Numbered from the stretch's first letter, positions 38,598 to 48,924 are shown. The stretch: 64,000 nt of DNA from Candidatus Kerfeldbacteria bacterium (GCA_016182555.1 JACPGJ010000008.1:156272-220271), one strand, 5' to 3'. Numbers and translations: made by a program. The notes: generated from the sequence alone by a model not told the origin.

Positions 38598-39446
38598 TTA
38601 TTTCTTTAGTCGCTTTCGTTTTTCTTCCATAAGCAAAAAATTACTTTTACTGACAATTTTTTTGCCCGTTTTTGCTTCCAATTGTTTTCGCGCATTGCCA
38701 GCAATAGCACCGCCTTCTTTTGCAGAGTGTACATTTTCCTGAAAACCTTCTGCATTCTCCGTTTCTGCAATTTGCCGCGTAGACAATTCCGCCAATGCCG
38801 TGAATATCAATTCCGCATCAGTCATGTGGTCACGTAAATTCTGAGATTGAAGGTGTTTTAATTTTTTATGTTCTGCGGTCGTTAGTTCGCTCCATTCTTT
38901 ATGAATCAGATCCGTTAATTTGGCGTAATCAACTGGTTGTTCTATACCGTGTTCACTCCAATAATCAGTAAGCTTATTTCGGGTTTCCTGGCCAAGCATT
39001 CGCTGTTCAATCCATTTTTTTGAACGTCCAAGTTCTTTCCAATGACGACGAGCGCGGTTCAGAGCACGTTCAGGGTCAACGGTTTCCTGCATCCGTTCAT
39101 AGCCAACTTTTGCCAACCATTGCTTAAATGGTTCAGCATTTTTAGACGGAATACTTTGGATAATGCGAAAAACGCTCTCCACATCAGCGGCATCAGTGAA
39201 TCGCATTTTGCCATCTTCTGCGTGCATTTTCAACTGGTTACATTTTGTAACCACTTCACTTCCCTCTTCTTTTAAACGGTTTTTTAATACTTTCCAGTAG
39301 TTCCGTGCGTCTGCACTCTCCGTCAGAACCCGAATAACATCGACGACACTAAAATACCACTTTTCCTCCTTTTCTACCCATACACGGCGTACAGGTACGT
39401 GTTCAAATAGCACAATAAATTTAGCATCTTCTTCTTTTTTGGTCAT
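38598..39446 (-). CDS. Bro-N domain protein, DinD (DNA-damage-inducible protein D)-like
   Basis: N-terminal FEHVPVRRVWVEKEEKWYFSVVDVIRVL Bro-N-like segment; C-terminal region ...NLRDHMTDAELIFTALAELSTRQIAE...AKEGGAIAGNARKQLE resembles DinD C-terminus. Start set to Met at 39444-39446. Confidence 0.5.
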   Translation of the reverse strand: MTKKEEDAKFIVLFEHVPVRRVWVEKEEKWYFSVVDVIRVLTESADARNYWKVLKNRLKEEGSEVVTKCNQLKMHAEDGKMRFTDAADVESVFRIIQSIPSKNAEPFKQWLAKVGYERMQETVDPERALNRARRHWKELGRSKKWIEQRMLGQETRNKLTDYWSEHGIEQPVDYAKLTDLIHKEWSELTTAEHKKLKHLQSQNLRDHMTDAELIFTALAELSTRQIAETENAEGFQENVHSAKEGGAIAGNARKQLEAKTGKKIVSKSNFLLMEEKRKRLKK

Positions 39447-39573
39447 ACATTTTATGACGTTATGAATTATGTGGCTTGATATAAAAAAAGCCACCAACCA
39501 ATATCTGGGGAGACGTCTGTATAAATTGTATCATGAAGCAAATTTTTGTATAGTGCATGATTGCACGCAAAAA

Positions 39574-40302
39574 TCAAAATCCGATGTTCATGCTATGAAC
39601 CACTGGCGAGATGCTTGTATACCAAGCCGCATATCCATCGCTACTCGGGTGAAACGAATCGGCGGCGTAATATCGCTTCGGATCTTGAGCAAACGGATCA
39701 TCTTTTTTTTCGCGATAGAGGTCGATGTACTGCACTTGCGTTGCGGCGGTTTGGCGTAAAAATATTTGACGAACAGCACGAGTACGCACACCCCACGCCC
39801 ACCGTGTGCCAAAAGGAAAAAATGGGGCTGTTCCCACATTGCCGCAACTAAACACCACAACGTTATCCGCAACGTGCTTTGCTTGTTCAAGCACCTGTGC
39901 CAAATCTTGCTCGGCACTCTTCAGTGGAGTAAAACGGACAATATCGTTTCCACCAATTTGAATAACCACAACATCGAAATGTGCACGTTCATTGGATAAT
40001 TGGTTGAACACATCAAGTAAATCATGCACTTTTGCGCCACTGACCGCACGATTTTCTATAGACGCATCAGGAAAATCTGCACCAATCAAACCCGCAACAG
40101 ATTCAGCAGGTGTCGCAGCACCGACTCCTACCCCAGTGCTATCTCCTACTACCAATACTGTTTTGCCATTTTCAGCCCCCGCTTGTGTGTATGCCACCGT
40201 CTGTTGTACAAGCGACAACCCCACTGTCACTTTTTTATTCACCAGAATATATTGAACAAGCACATACCCAATAGCAATAATAATAACGATAATCACAGGC
40301 AT
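39574..40302 (-). CDS. SGNH/GDSL-family hydrolase, membrane anchored
   Basis: GDS block VLVVGDSTGVG, block III IQIGGNDI, block V DSFHPS; start set to Met 40300-40302 to avoid overlapping the upstream gene. Confidence 0.8.
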   Translation of the reverse strand: MPVIIVIIIAIGYVLVQYILVNKKVTVGLSLVQQTVAYTQAGAENGKTVLVVGDSTGVGVGAATPAESVAGLIGADFPDASIENRAVSGAKVHDLLDVFNQLSNERAHFDVVVIQIGGNDIVRFTPLKSAEQDLAQVLEQAKHVADNVVVFSCGNVGTAPFFPFGTRWAWGVRTRAVRQIFLRQTAATQVQYIDLYREKKDDPFAQDPKRYYAADSFHPSSDGYAAWYTSISPVVHSMNIGF

Positions 40303-40321
40303 ACGATAGCGCCTCACCTGG

Positions 40322-41530
40322 CTACTTTGTATCCCCACCGCTGCTATTATCTTGCTTCTTATACACCATCAAAATGGTTCCATCGTTGAGAAGCACCGGC
40401 GATGGATCACAGGTGGTCATATCCGCATCCTGTGGAATAACTCCACTCGTGGTGTTACCAAAATTTATTCCATCCGTGGAAGTCGCGGTATTTACGCCGC
40501 CACTACACCCATAAATATGAACGGTATCATCTTCGTCAACATACACGCCAGGAATACCGCCGCCAGACCATGAAGAACCGGTGAGAGTGAAATCTAGTCC
40601 GTTGGTTGATGTCGCAATTAAACTATTGGAACCGTTAGAGACATACATAATCCACGTATCGTTTAATCGAAGTACTTCTGGATCAGTAATAGATTCCACA
40701 GATAGTCGTTCATCATCTTCCATCGTAAAATTCACGCCATCGTCTGATAATGCAGAATACATAGGGTGTTCGCCTTCCATACTTGCTGGATCCGCATCCT
40801 GGACTGTTGAACCAAAAAAATACATGCGCAATGTTCCATCTTCTAATTGAATGAGCGAAGGATCGTACGCGCCAATGCTATCGTCTAAACCATCGAAATT
40901 CACCGCAAGTGGATCTGACCACGTTGCACCATTATCAGAAGATTTTGACATACAAATACCTGAACGAACAAAATACACCAGAATATCACCCGCATCTCCG
41001 GCAGTGGTTGTCTGCTGAAGAAGTACACCATCTGGTACCGAAGCATACGTTATTGCTGGTGTATCAGCATCAGTGAACGATGACGGATCTGATGACGAGG
41101 TGACGTATACGTCGTGACTAATGCCTGTCGTGGGACAAGGTTCAGCATCCCCAGTGAGTGTATGTGTATAGCTCGTTTTTTTCCACGCCGAAGCACTTTT
41201 ATTTTTATTGCCCTTCACTCGAACCTGTATCGTATAATCATTCCCATCATCAAATAGTGCTGCGTCAAAGTTCGCGTGTTTCTTTTTTGTTGTTTTCGTA
41301 TCCAGAGTTTCATCGTCTGAAATCACTTTCACAATATATGTTCGGTTAGCCACAGCATAGGACCAACTCACCTGTACTGTATCATCGGTTGCGCTATATT
41401 CAACACTCAAGTTTTTTACTTTTTTGAATGTTGGTTTTGCAATGACTACTAGTGGCAACACCACGACAACCACTAGAAGAAAAGAAAAAAGAGCAATCCA
41501 CTGTTTCCGAGATGCGTAAAATTTTAGCAT
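40322..41530 (-). CDS. Secreted protein with Fn3-like domain and BNR/sialidase-like beta-propeller repeats
   Basis: Signal anchor; Fn3-like N-terminal domain; repeated hydrophobic-D-G-T/S blades (SDNGATWSDP, EDGTLRMYF, NDGTILMVY). Confidence 0.45.
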   Translation of the reverse strand: MLKFYASRKQWIALFSFLLVVVVVLPLVVIAKPTFKKVKNLSVEYSATDDTVQVSWSYAVANRTYIVKVISDDETLDTKTTKKKHANFDAALFDDGNDYTIQVRVKGNKNKSASAWKKTSYTHTLTGDAEPCPTTGISHDVYVTSSSDPSSFTDADTPAITYASVPDGVLLQQTTTAGDAGDILVYFVRSGICMSKSSDNGATWSDPLAVNFDGLDDSIGAYDPSLIQLEDGTLRMYFFGSTVQDADPASMEGEHPMYSALSDDGVNFTMEDDERLSVESITDPEVLRLNDTWIMYVSNGSNSLIATSTNGLDFTLTGSSWSGGGIPGVYVDEDDTVHIYGCSGGVNTATSTDGINFGNTTSGVIPQDADMTTCDPSPVLLNDGTILMVYKKQDNSSGGDTK

Positions 41531-41629
41531 AGATTCAATAAATAAATAATTACACCTAGTTTTGATTATAACAAATATCCTGTACTGCCGAAAGATACAG
41601 AACCAATATCAACATAGGCAGAACTCGTT

Positions 41630-42847
41630 CTAATAATCTTCGCTACCGCGGTTAATGCTAATTTCGCCGGCGTAATTTTTTGTCACCATTTCGGCAATGA
41701 CCGTGCGTAAAATTTCGGGGTTCCATTCGCGAGCATACTGCCCAAATTGCGCCATAATGTTCATGAGTTTCACTGTGGCACTGGCGGTAGACATGTCTTT
41801 TGCTGTTACAATACCAGCGGCTGCAGCTCTTTTGGCATCTTCGTCATGTTGTTCCATTTTTGGGCTAATGCCGGATTCGGCACAACTGGATGTGAGGAAA
41901 ATAGGGAAGCCTTTGTGAATTTGTGCGGTTAAAACATGAACAAGCTCGCGTGGAATGGCTCCAGACCCGTATGTTTCCAAAATAAGCCCTACATCTTTTT
42001 GCGATTCAATAATTTGTTGAATTTGTTCAAAATTTAACCCTGGGCTCAACCGCAGCGTAGTAATACTTGGGTTAAATTTCGGCTGAAAAATGAGTTCATA
42101 TTTTTGTTTACTGCCGCGGCGTCGAGTACCGGAAAGTAATTCAATACCGGCTGCCGTAAAATATCCGCACGGGCCAGTGACGCGTGCTTCAAACACATCA
42201 AGGCGCTGGTCATTTTTTTTCGTCACCCGTGTTCCACGAAAAATTTGACCATTTGCATAGGCAACCACTTCAGCGAGATCAGCATGCGCAGCAATTTCCA
42301 TTGAGCCGGTTAAGTTTGCCAACCCATCACTGCCAGGAAAACCGAGAATGGGAATTTGTGAAGCGGTGAATACCACAGGAATCGCGACATTACGCAATGC
42401 AAATGCTGTAGCGGCAGAGGTATATTCTAATGTGTGCGTTCCATGACCAATGACCACGCCATCTACATCTTCGTACATCGTTTTAATAGTGGCTCCAAGA
42501 GCGGTCCATAAATCTGGTTTTACTTCTTTAGAATCAATATTGGAAAGATAAATTCCAATAATGTTATAGCGGCTGCGAATATTGCACACCGAATCTGCCA
42601 CACTGATTACTTTGGTAATATCAATCGCTCCGTCAAAAGAAAGAATGCCATCAGCGGATTTGCTGGGAACCATGGCGAGTGTTCCGCCGGTGTGAATATA
42701 AGCAATGGTCGGTTTTTTCAGATTTGGTTTTTCTTCTTGAAACTTTATCTCTGGCAAATAATTGCCAAAAAACTGCGGGTTTACGCCTGCGGCCAGGGCT
42801 TTGTCTAAAAAAGCTTGTTGAGAAGGATTTGGTTTGGTGGTCGTCAT
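41630..42847 (-). CDS. Type I L-asparaginase
   Basis: IAYIHTGGTLAM threonine active-site motif, GVVIGHGTHTLEYTSAA second motif; 405 aa with ~45-aa N-terminal extension. Confidence 0.8.
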   Translation of the reverse strand: MTTTKPNPSQQAFLDKALAAGVNPQFFGNYLPEIKFQEEKPNLKKPTIAYIHTGGTLAMVPSKSADGILSFDGAIDITKVISVADSVCNIRSRYNIIGIYLSNIDSKEVKPDLWTALGATIKTMYEDVDGVVIGHGTHTLEYTSAATAFALRNVAIPVVFTASQIPILGFPGSDGLANLTGSMEIAAHADLAEVVAYANGQIFRGTRVTKKNDQRLDVFEARVTGPCGYFTAAGIELLSGTRRRGSKQKYELIFQPKFNPSITTLRLSPGLNFEQIQQIIESQKDVGLILETYGSGAIPRELVHVLTAQIHKGFPIFLTSSCAESGISPKMEQHDEDAKRAAAAGIVTAKDMSTASATVKLMNIMAQFGQYAREWNPEILRTVIAEMVTKNYAGEISINRGSEDY

Positions 42848-42947
42848 AGAATAAATGATTTTGCGTTATTTCTGAGTGTATTGTAGAGTGTTTTATATGA
42901 GTGGCAAATATCACCATTGGTGCTAATTATCACCACTATAAAAACCT

Positions 42948-43700
42948 ATGTTTATTGAACTTTTTGAACAATTAGGACTCTCCCCCAACGAAGCAAAGAT
43001 CTACGAAGTCTTGTTATCCACAGGCGAAACCTCTGTTTCACGTATTGCGGTACAAGCAAATATTCACCGCCGTAACATTTATGATGCACTCAACCGCCTC
43101 ATTGAAAAAGGTCTGGTCTACAGAATTTTTCAATCCGGTGAACATCTCTTCCGCCCCGTGAGCCCAGACAAATTGATGGAAATGGTGAAAGACAAAGAAC
43201 GCCGCTTAGTGCAGGCCATGCCGGAATTGAAAACCATGTACGAAGCTGAGTACCACGCTGAAGCAGCCTACATTTATAAAGGCGTGGAAGGATTCAAAAA
43301 TTATATGCGCGATATGATTGCTGTGGGTGAAGAAACCTATTTTCTTGGAGCAAAAGGGTTGTGGTACAGCCCGCAAGTGAGCACACAGTTTATTGATGAA
43401 TTTCAAGATACGGCTCGTCGCAAAAATTTTGAATATTACACCTTGTATGACCCGCGGGTAAAAGAAGAAATGCCGCTCGCACTAGAAGGTGTTGGCGGAA
43501 AATGGAAACTGCTGCCAGAAAAATATGCCACCAAAGGCGTGGTGGATATTTTTGGTGATTATGTCGTCACGTTTACCAGCGTTGGCATTGGCAACTTTGG
43601 CGATGACGGACTTATTTTTGTCATGATCAACAAAGAACTGGCGGAAACATATAAAACCTGGTTCCGCTATATTTGGGATACCTGCCCGGATGCACGCTAA
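42948..43700 (+). CDS. TrmB-family transcriptional regulator
   Basis: N-terminal wHTH LGLSPNEAKIYEVLLSTGETSVSRIAVQANIHRRNIYDALNRLIEKGLV with C-terminal sensor-like domain. Confidence 0.7.
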   Translation: MFIELFEQLGLSPNEAKIYEVLLSTGETSVSRIAVQANIHRRNIYDALNRLIEKGLVYRIFQSGEHLFRPVSPDKLMEMVKDKERRLVQAMPELKTMYEAEYHAEAAYIYKGVEGFKNYMRDMIAVGEETYFLGAKGLWYSPQVSTQFIDEFQDTARRKNFEYYTLYDPRVKEEMPLALEGVGGKWKLLPEKYATKGVVDIFGDYVVTFTSVGIGNFGDDGLIFVMINKELAETYKTWFRYIWDTCPDAR

Positions 43701-43720
43701 TTGTATAAAACGCGTTTATT

Positions 43721-45376
43721 TTACTCAATCTCCTGTAACAATTTTTTCCCAGCCTTAGCAAGTTCAATAGCCCGAAGAGCTTGTAATTGTGCATTTGTAT
43801 AATCGCCGCGCTTGCGGAAACCGTTTGCAATACTTTTTGCATTTGCGGCGTCAATAATCGCCCCACCTTGCACGAAATCTAAATATTCCTCTTCTTCGTC
43901 GGTGTTCGCGTTCTCTATAGCAGATTTTTCGAGTGTACTTAATTGTCGAAATTGTTTTTTTGCTTTATTCAGTAATTTTTTTGAAGATTGCTGTCTCTCT
44001 TTTGCGTTCCATTCTTCTTCCGTTCCTTGTTCAATTTCATCCACCACTGTTTTAATTTCATCCTTCAAATTGTCTAACTGCTCCTGTATGGCATCTAATA
44101 AATTTTCATCTACCTCTTCACCTAGCAGTGTTGCAGCGCGAAGTGGAGCAAACGCCAATTGAATTTCGTACACTCGGTTTTGTGCAGCTGCCAAAAACGC
44201 GAGTATCTCTTCTCGATTGTCACGTTGCAGTGCTTCTAAACGTTTTTCCGCAATGACTTCAATGAATGTTTTTAGTTTGACATCAATGTCTTCTAACGTG
44301 CTTGAATCACCATCTTTATCACCTTCAAAATATTTTTTTGCTTTCTTAAACAACGACAATCCATTATTGGCAGAGGTACGCGCAGTAAAGCACAATGTCA
44401 TTTTGTTTTCATTAGCATTATCAATATCTTCTGCAGTTGCATAGGCTATCGCAGCTTCACCAAAATTGACCTGCGCAATATTCAAAATTTCTTTTGCACT
44501 CGATAAATCAAAATCAATTTCTCCATCTTCTAACGCATCATTGATCTTCTCTGTTAAATTATTCATTTTATCAGCCAATTTTTCCATCTTGTCATCCGCC
44601 GCTTCACACACTTTTTCTACTGCTTCCCCATCGAGAGCTTGCGCATCACCAGAATCAATTTTTTCTGCTGCATTTCGAATTTTTATTTTTTGCTCTTCCA
44701 AAAGATCCTGAATATCGCTATTATCTTCATTCTCTTCACACTGTTTTGATTTACCCGGCAACGCTTCTAAACGTAGACGATCTGTGCTGATTGCTAACTG
44801 CAGCTGACTAATTAAATTTGCGGCATCCAGCAAATCCTTCACCGCGCTTTCATTGTCTGCAATTGTTTGTGCTTGCGTTAAATAATAGGCCGCTTCGTCA
44901 TTAAAAAGCTCCGCTTTTGCATTGAATACCTCAAAACAATTTCCTGACTCTTCTGCTTCTGCTAAATCATCTGACGCGTCTTCATCTGGCTCGTATGCTT
45001 CCTTGTCCTCATCTTCGTCTTTAGAATCGTCTTCTGCGTCTTCATCTTCTCCATCAGTATCATCTTCGGAATCTTCGTCATCATCAGATACGTCATCGCC
45101 CTCTTCGTCTTCAGAATCTTCATCATCTTTTATATCGCTGTCATCCTCAGCATCTTCATCCTCACCTGTACCGTCATCATCCGGTAAATCTTCATCTTCT
45201 GAATCGTCATCATTTTGTTCCGTCATAACAACTGCAAGCCATTGGTTAACAGCTGCTGGCGTTGTTGCTGCAAAAGCTGTATGGAATTGAAACACAAAGA
45301 ATAGCGTGGACAACATACTTAATGAAGCCACAGAGATAAACACACGATGCATGGTAGACATAATTTTCTCCGTCAA
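43721..45376 (-). CDS. Secreted, highly acidic (Asp/Glu-rich) coiled-coil protein
   Basis: Signal peptide then ~90 aa of D/E/S repeats, remainder predicted alpha-helical with heptad-like spacing; no catalytic motif. Confidence 0.5.
   Translation of the reverse strand: MTEKIMSTMHRVFISVASLSMLSTLFFVFQFHTAFAATTPAAVNQWLAVVMTEQNDDDSEDEDLPDDDGTGEDEDAEDDSDIKDDEDSEDEEGDDVSDDDEDSEDDTDGEDEDAEDDSKDEDEDKEAYEPDEDASDDLAEAEESGNCFEVFNAKAELFNDEAAYYLTQAQTIADNESAVKDLLDAANLISQLQLAISTDRLRLEALPGKSKQCEENEDNSDIQDLLEEQKIKIRNAAEKIDSGDAQALDGEAVEKVCEAADDKMEKLADKMNNLTEKINDALEDGEIDFDLSSAKEILNIAQVNFGEAAIAYATAEDIDNANENKMTLCFTARTSANNGLSLFKKAKKYFEGDKDGDSSTLEDIDVKLKTFIEVIAEKRLEALQRDNREEILAFLAAAQNRVYEIQLAFAPLRAATLLGEEVDENLLDAIQEQLDNLKDEIKTVVDEIEQGTEEEWNAKERQQSSKKLLNKAKKQFRQLSTLEKSAIENANTDEEEEYLDFVQGGAIIDAANAKSIANGFRKRGDYTNAQLQALRAIELAKAGKKLLQEIE
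44926..45217. repeat. Low-complexity coding repeat (gatgaagac/gaagatga-like units encoding Asp/Glu/Ser)
   Basis: Visible reiteration of tcttc/atcatc/gtcttc units on the + strand across ~290 nt. Confidence 0.5.
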
Positions 45377-45412
45377 TATTTATTTACTGGTAGTATACCA
45401 TACTCGCTTTTT

Positions 45413-46657
45413 TTATTGCAATTGAGCAGACTGTTCTTGAAAAATGGCGTCAAACTGCTGCACGGTTGGGTCCACTGCCAGCGCCTGCCGATTGATTCCA
45501 CGAATATGTAAACCGTTGAGTGTTTTCACGCGCGACAACGCCACATATCCCATTCCGGCTGCAAAGGCTTTGGATAAATCTACATCCACCACATCCAGTG
45601 TCATTCCCTGGCTTTTGTGCACCGTAATCGCCCACGCCAAACGCAGCGGAAATTGGCGAATTTCGGCTTTCAACACACCATTTTGTTCCATCATCCACGA
45701 ATCACGATCAACGGTCACTTCACGCCCTTTTGCCGTTTGCACAACCGGCTGCCCAGCATCAAAATCGATGACTGTTCCGAGTGTTCCATTCACATACCCT
45801 TGCGAAAAATTATTTTTCACGAACATCACCTGCGCGCCTACTTTCAATTCCAAACGCTCTGGTGCTAAACAATATTTTTTCAGTGTATCAACATCTGCTT
45901 TTTTTCCACTACTCGTCATTTCAAAAATTTCGATAGGCGTCGATAATTGCGCGAGTTCTTTTTTATTCAATGCGTCGACATCAATATTATGGGTGTACAA
46001 CCGCGTTGGAGTCACGTGATCTGGCGGTTGCACATTAATGCGCTCTTGCAACAATGCCGCACTCTCTTCACTCACCTTCCCTTGCCGAATTTCTTGCAAT
46101 ACTTGTAATAGTGGGTCATCATCCGATTGGCGATACACAGTTTCTAAATAACAAGTAGCAATATTCATTTGCGGCCACACGCGTGCTTCAAAGGCAAAAT
46201 GCGTGTCCGTGCTGTCGCGGTTAATAGGAGGAAGCTGAAAAAAATCACCAGCCAGCACCACTTGAATGCCTCCAAACGGCAGTGGAACTTGGAGAATAGT
46301 GCGCAATACGGTGTCTATCATATCTAAACGAAACGAATGCAACATCGATACTTCGTCGATGATCAACACATCGGTTGTGCGAAACCGTTTATGCAAATAT
46401 TGTTTTTGCGTGAGCGCATCCAAATCGTAATCGTTCAAAAAGTCTTTAATGCCAATACCTGCCCACGAATGAATGGTCGTGCCACCAAGGTGCGTTGCCG
46501 CAATACCAGTGGAAGCGGTAATCGCGACGGTCTTCCCCTGCTCGCGTAGCCAATCAATAAACTTCGTTAAAACATAGGTTTTTCCGGAACCAGCAGGGCC
46601 AGTTAAAAAAACATTTCTGCCGGCTTGTAAATATTTGAGCGTTTTTTCTTGGTTCAT
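45413..46657 (-). CDS. PIF1/RecD-type SF1 DNA helicase
   Basis: Walker A VFLTGPAGSGKTYV, motif Ia ITASTGIAA, Walker B IIDEVSMLH, C-terminal UvrD_C_2-like region; start at ATG 46655-46657 (MNQEKTLKY), upstream 62 codons of the listed ORF look non-coding. Confidence 0.8.
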   Translation of the reverse strand: MNQEKTLKYLQAGRNVFLTGPAGSGKTYVLTKFIDWLREQGKTVAITASTGIAATHLGGTTIHSWAGIGIKDFLNDYDLDALTQKQYLHKRFRTTDVLIIDEVSMLHSFRLDMIDTVLRTILQVPLPFGGIQVVLAGDFFQLPPINRDSTDTHFAFEARVWPQMNIATCYLETVYRQSDDDPLLQVLQEIRQGKVSEESAALLQERINVQPPDHVTPTRLYTHNIDVDALNKKELAQLSTPIEIFEMTSSGKKADVDTLKKYCLAPERLELKVGAQVMFVKNNFSQGYVNGTLGTVIDFDAGQPVVQTAKGREVTVDRDSWMMEQNGVLKAEIRQFPLRLAWAITVHKSQGMTLDVVDVDLSKAFAAGMGYVALSRVKTLNGLHIRGINRQALAVDPTVQQFDAIFQEQSAQLQ

Positions 46658-46676
46658 CTGTATGAAAATCTTCAAA

Positions 46677-47219
46677 TTAACTATACCGTTTAATGAATGC
46701 CGAGCGCCCAGAACCCTTTTTGTACATTTGGTAACGCAACGGATTTTTTTTATAATAAGATTGATGCTCTTCTTCGGCTGGGAAAAACGTTGTAAATGGA
46801 ACAACTTGTGTAGCAATAGGTTTGCTGTATTTTTTTGACGCATCTAGTTCCCGAATATATTGTTCGGCAATGGTGCGCTGTTCGGGCGTGTGGTAATACA
46901 CTGCAGTGGTATATTGAAATCCTTGGTCTGCAAATTGCCCATCTGGATCTGTTGGATCAATTTGGCGAAAAAATATTTCCAGCATTGTGCGGTAAGAAAT
47001 TTGCACGGGGTCAAATTGCATGTGAATGGTTTCACGGTGTTGCGTTTTCCCGCTACATACAATTTCGTAATAGGCTTCTTCTTGTGTACCGCCCGCATAT
47101 CCAACCTCAACATTGTGCACTCCTGCTTCTGCATCAAAAGGCCCTTGCACACACCAAAAACAACCACCAGCAAATGTTGCTTGTTCCGAAAAATTTCCTG
47201 TTTTTCGCTCTTTCATCAT
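46677..47219 (-). CDS. msrA: Peptide methionine-S-sulfoxide reductase
   Basis: Catalytic GGCFWC motif, 180 aa. Confidence 0.9.
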   Translation of the reverse strand: MMKERKTGNFSEQATFAGGCFWCVQGPFDAEAGVHNVEVGYAGGTQEEAYYEIVCSGKTQHRETIHMQFDPVQISYRTMLEIFFRQIDPTDPDGQFADQGFQYTTAVYYHTPEQRTIAEQYIRELDASKKYSKPIATQVVPFTTFFPAEEEHQSYYKKNPLRYQMYKKGSGRSAFIKRYS

Positions 47220-48911
47220 TTATTTTGCGTTTGCGCGAGTGAGTGTGGTACGTTTTCCACGAATGAATTTTCCTTTCATGGCAGTCATCACTTTGCCAGC
47301 CGTGTCTTCAGGCACATCGACAAATGTCTGTTTATCTTGAATGGTAATAGCTCCAATCATGTTTCCAGCAATGCCAGATTCTCCGGCAATAGCACCAACC
47401 ACATCACCAGGGCGAATACCGTCTGCGCGTCCAGCATCTAACCGCAGCCGCGCCATGCCAGGTTCTTCTTCACCCGGTTCACGGTCATACGAACGATAAT
47501 CTCGGCGATTTCCGGGGTTTCGGCCACGCCCTCGCTCACCACGTCGATCATCCCGCCCGTATCCACGGCCACCATCACGTCGATTTTCATACATCGGCAT
47601 TTCTATTTCCGGCACTTCCGGTGTTGCCGTGAGCATTTTCAATAACGCGGCAGCAATATCCATTGAAGTGAACTCCCCTTCTTTCATCAATTTTTCAACC
47701 CGTTCTATTTGCGTTTGTAATTTGCCACTCAGCAATGTTTCTTTTATTTTTTCTGTTTGTGCGACAAATTTAATCTCTTCAATATCATTCAATGAAGGAA
47801 TTGGATGCGGCTTAATATCTGCTTGTGTATAGCGTTGAATTTGACGCAGCAAGTAACTTTGCTTCCCCGAAGCAAATGTAAATGCACGACCAGATTTTCC
47901 TGCGCGACCCGTTCGTCCAATACGATGCACATAATACTCTTCATCTTGCGGCACATCATAGTTAAACACCGCTTCTAAATCTTCTACGTCAATACCACGT
48001 GCTGCCACATCGGTTGCTACCAACAAATCTACTTTTTTATTTTTGAATGCTTTCATCACACGGTCTCGTTCGGTTTGTCGCAAGTCACCGTGAATGGATT
48101 GCGCAGAATACCCACGGGCTTTTAAGTGCGTTACCACCTCATCCACTTGACGTTTCGTATTACAAAATACTACACCAGATTTTACATTATACACATCGAT
48201 CAACCGTGAGAGCACTTCCAACTTCATCTGCGGGCGCACCTCTATACGAAACTGCTCAATCTTTGGTGCGGAAACTTTTTTGTGTGCTACTTGAATATGT
48301 TTTGGATGTCGTTGATATTTTTTCGTGAGCGCCGCAATGGCTCGCGGCATCGTTGCTGAAAACAAAACGGTTTGGCGTTCTTCTGGTGTATAATTTAAAA
48401 TTTCTTCAATACTTTCACGGAAGCCCATGTTCAACATTTCATCTGCTTCATCAAGCACAATAATTTTCACATCACCGAGCGAAATACTTTTGCGTTCAAT
48501 ATGGTCCATCATACGGCCCGGTGTCGCGATAATAATTTGCGGTTTTTGACGCAACGACTGCATTTGGCGTTGAATCGGTTGGCCGCCATAAATAGGCACC
48601 ACAAAGACACCGCGCGTATACTTCAATAATTTCTGAAATTCTTCCGACACTTGAATGGCCAGTTCGCGGGTTGGGCACAAAATAACGGCTTGAATCGCTT
48701 TTTGTGCCAGGTCAATTTTTTCAATCACCGGAATGGCAAACGCTGCGGTTTTTCCAGTGCCGGTTTGCGCTTGACCAATAATATCACTCCCCTCCAGTAA
48801 CAACGGAATGGTTTGCGTTTGAATGGGTGACGCTTCTTCAAAACCCATTTCAGAAATGGCTTTTTGAAGTTCTTTGGAGAGCGGTAATTCGCTAAATGGA
48901 ATTGTGTGCAT
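47220..48911 (-). CDS. DEAD-box ATP-dependent RNA helicase with C-terminal RGG/RNA-binding tail
   Basis: Q motif, AQTGTGKT, PTRELA, DEAD, SAT, HRIGRTGRAG; Arg/Gly-rich tail and DbpA-like C-terminal domain. Confidence 0.95.
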   Translation of the reverse strand: MHTIPFSELPLSKELQKAISEMGFEEASPIQTQTIPLLLEGSDIIGQAQTGTGKTAAFAIPVIEKIDLAQKAIQAVILCPTRELAIQVSEEFQKLLKYTRGVFVVPIYGGQPIQRQMQSLRQKPQIIIATPGRMMDHIERKSISLGDVKIIVLDEADEMLNMGFRESIEEILNYTPEERQTVLFSATMPRAIAALTKKYQRHPKHIQVAHKKVSAPKIEQFRIEVRPQMKLEVLSRLIDVYNVKSGVVFCNTKRQVDEVVTHLKARGYSAQSIHGDLRQTERDRVMKAFKNKKVDLLVATDVAARGIDVEDLEAVFNYDVPQDEEYYVHRIGRTGRAGKSGRAFTFASGKQSYLLRQIQRYTQADIKPHPIPSLNDIEEIKFVAQTEKIKETLLSGKLQTQIERVEKLMKEGEFTSMDIAAALLKMLTATPEVPEIEMPMYENRRDGGRGYGRDDRRGERGRGRNPGNRRDYRSYDREPGEEEPGMARLRLDAGRADGIRPGDVVGAIAGESGIAGNMIGAITIQDKQTFVDVPEDTAGKVMTAMKGKFIRGKRTTLTRANAK

Positions 48912-48924
48912 AAAATACTATCGG

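Noticed and set aside
41630-42847. GatD (archaeal Glu-tRNA amidotransferase subunit) assignment for the asparaginase-family protein
   Set aside because: N-terminal extension is only ~45 aa rather than the ~90-aa GatD-specific domain and no gatE-like gene is nearby; type I L-asparaginase is the simpler call.
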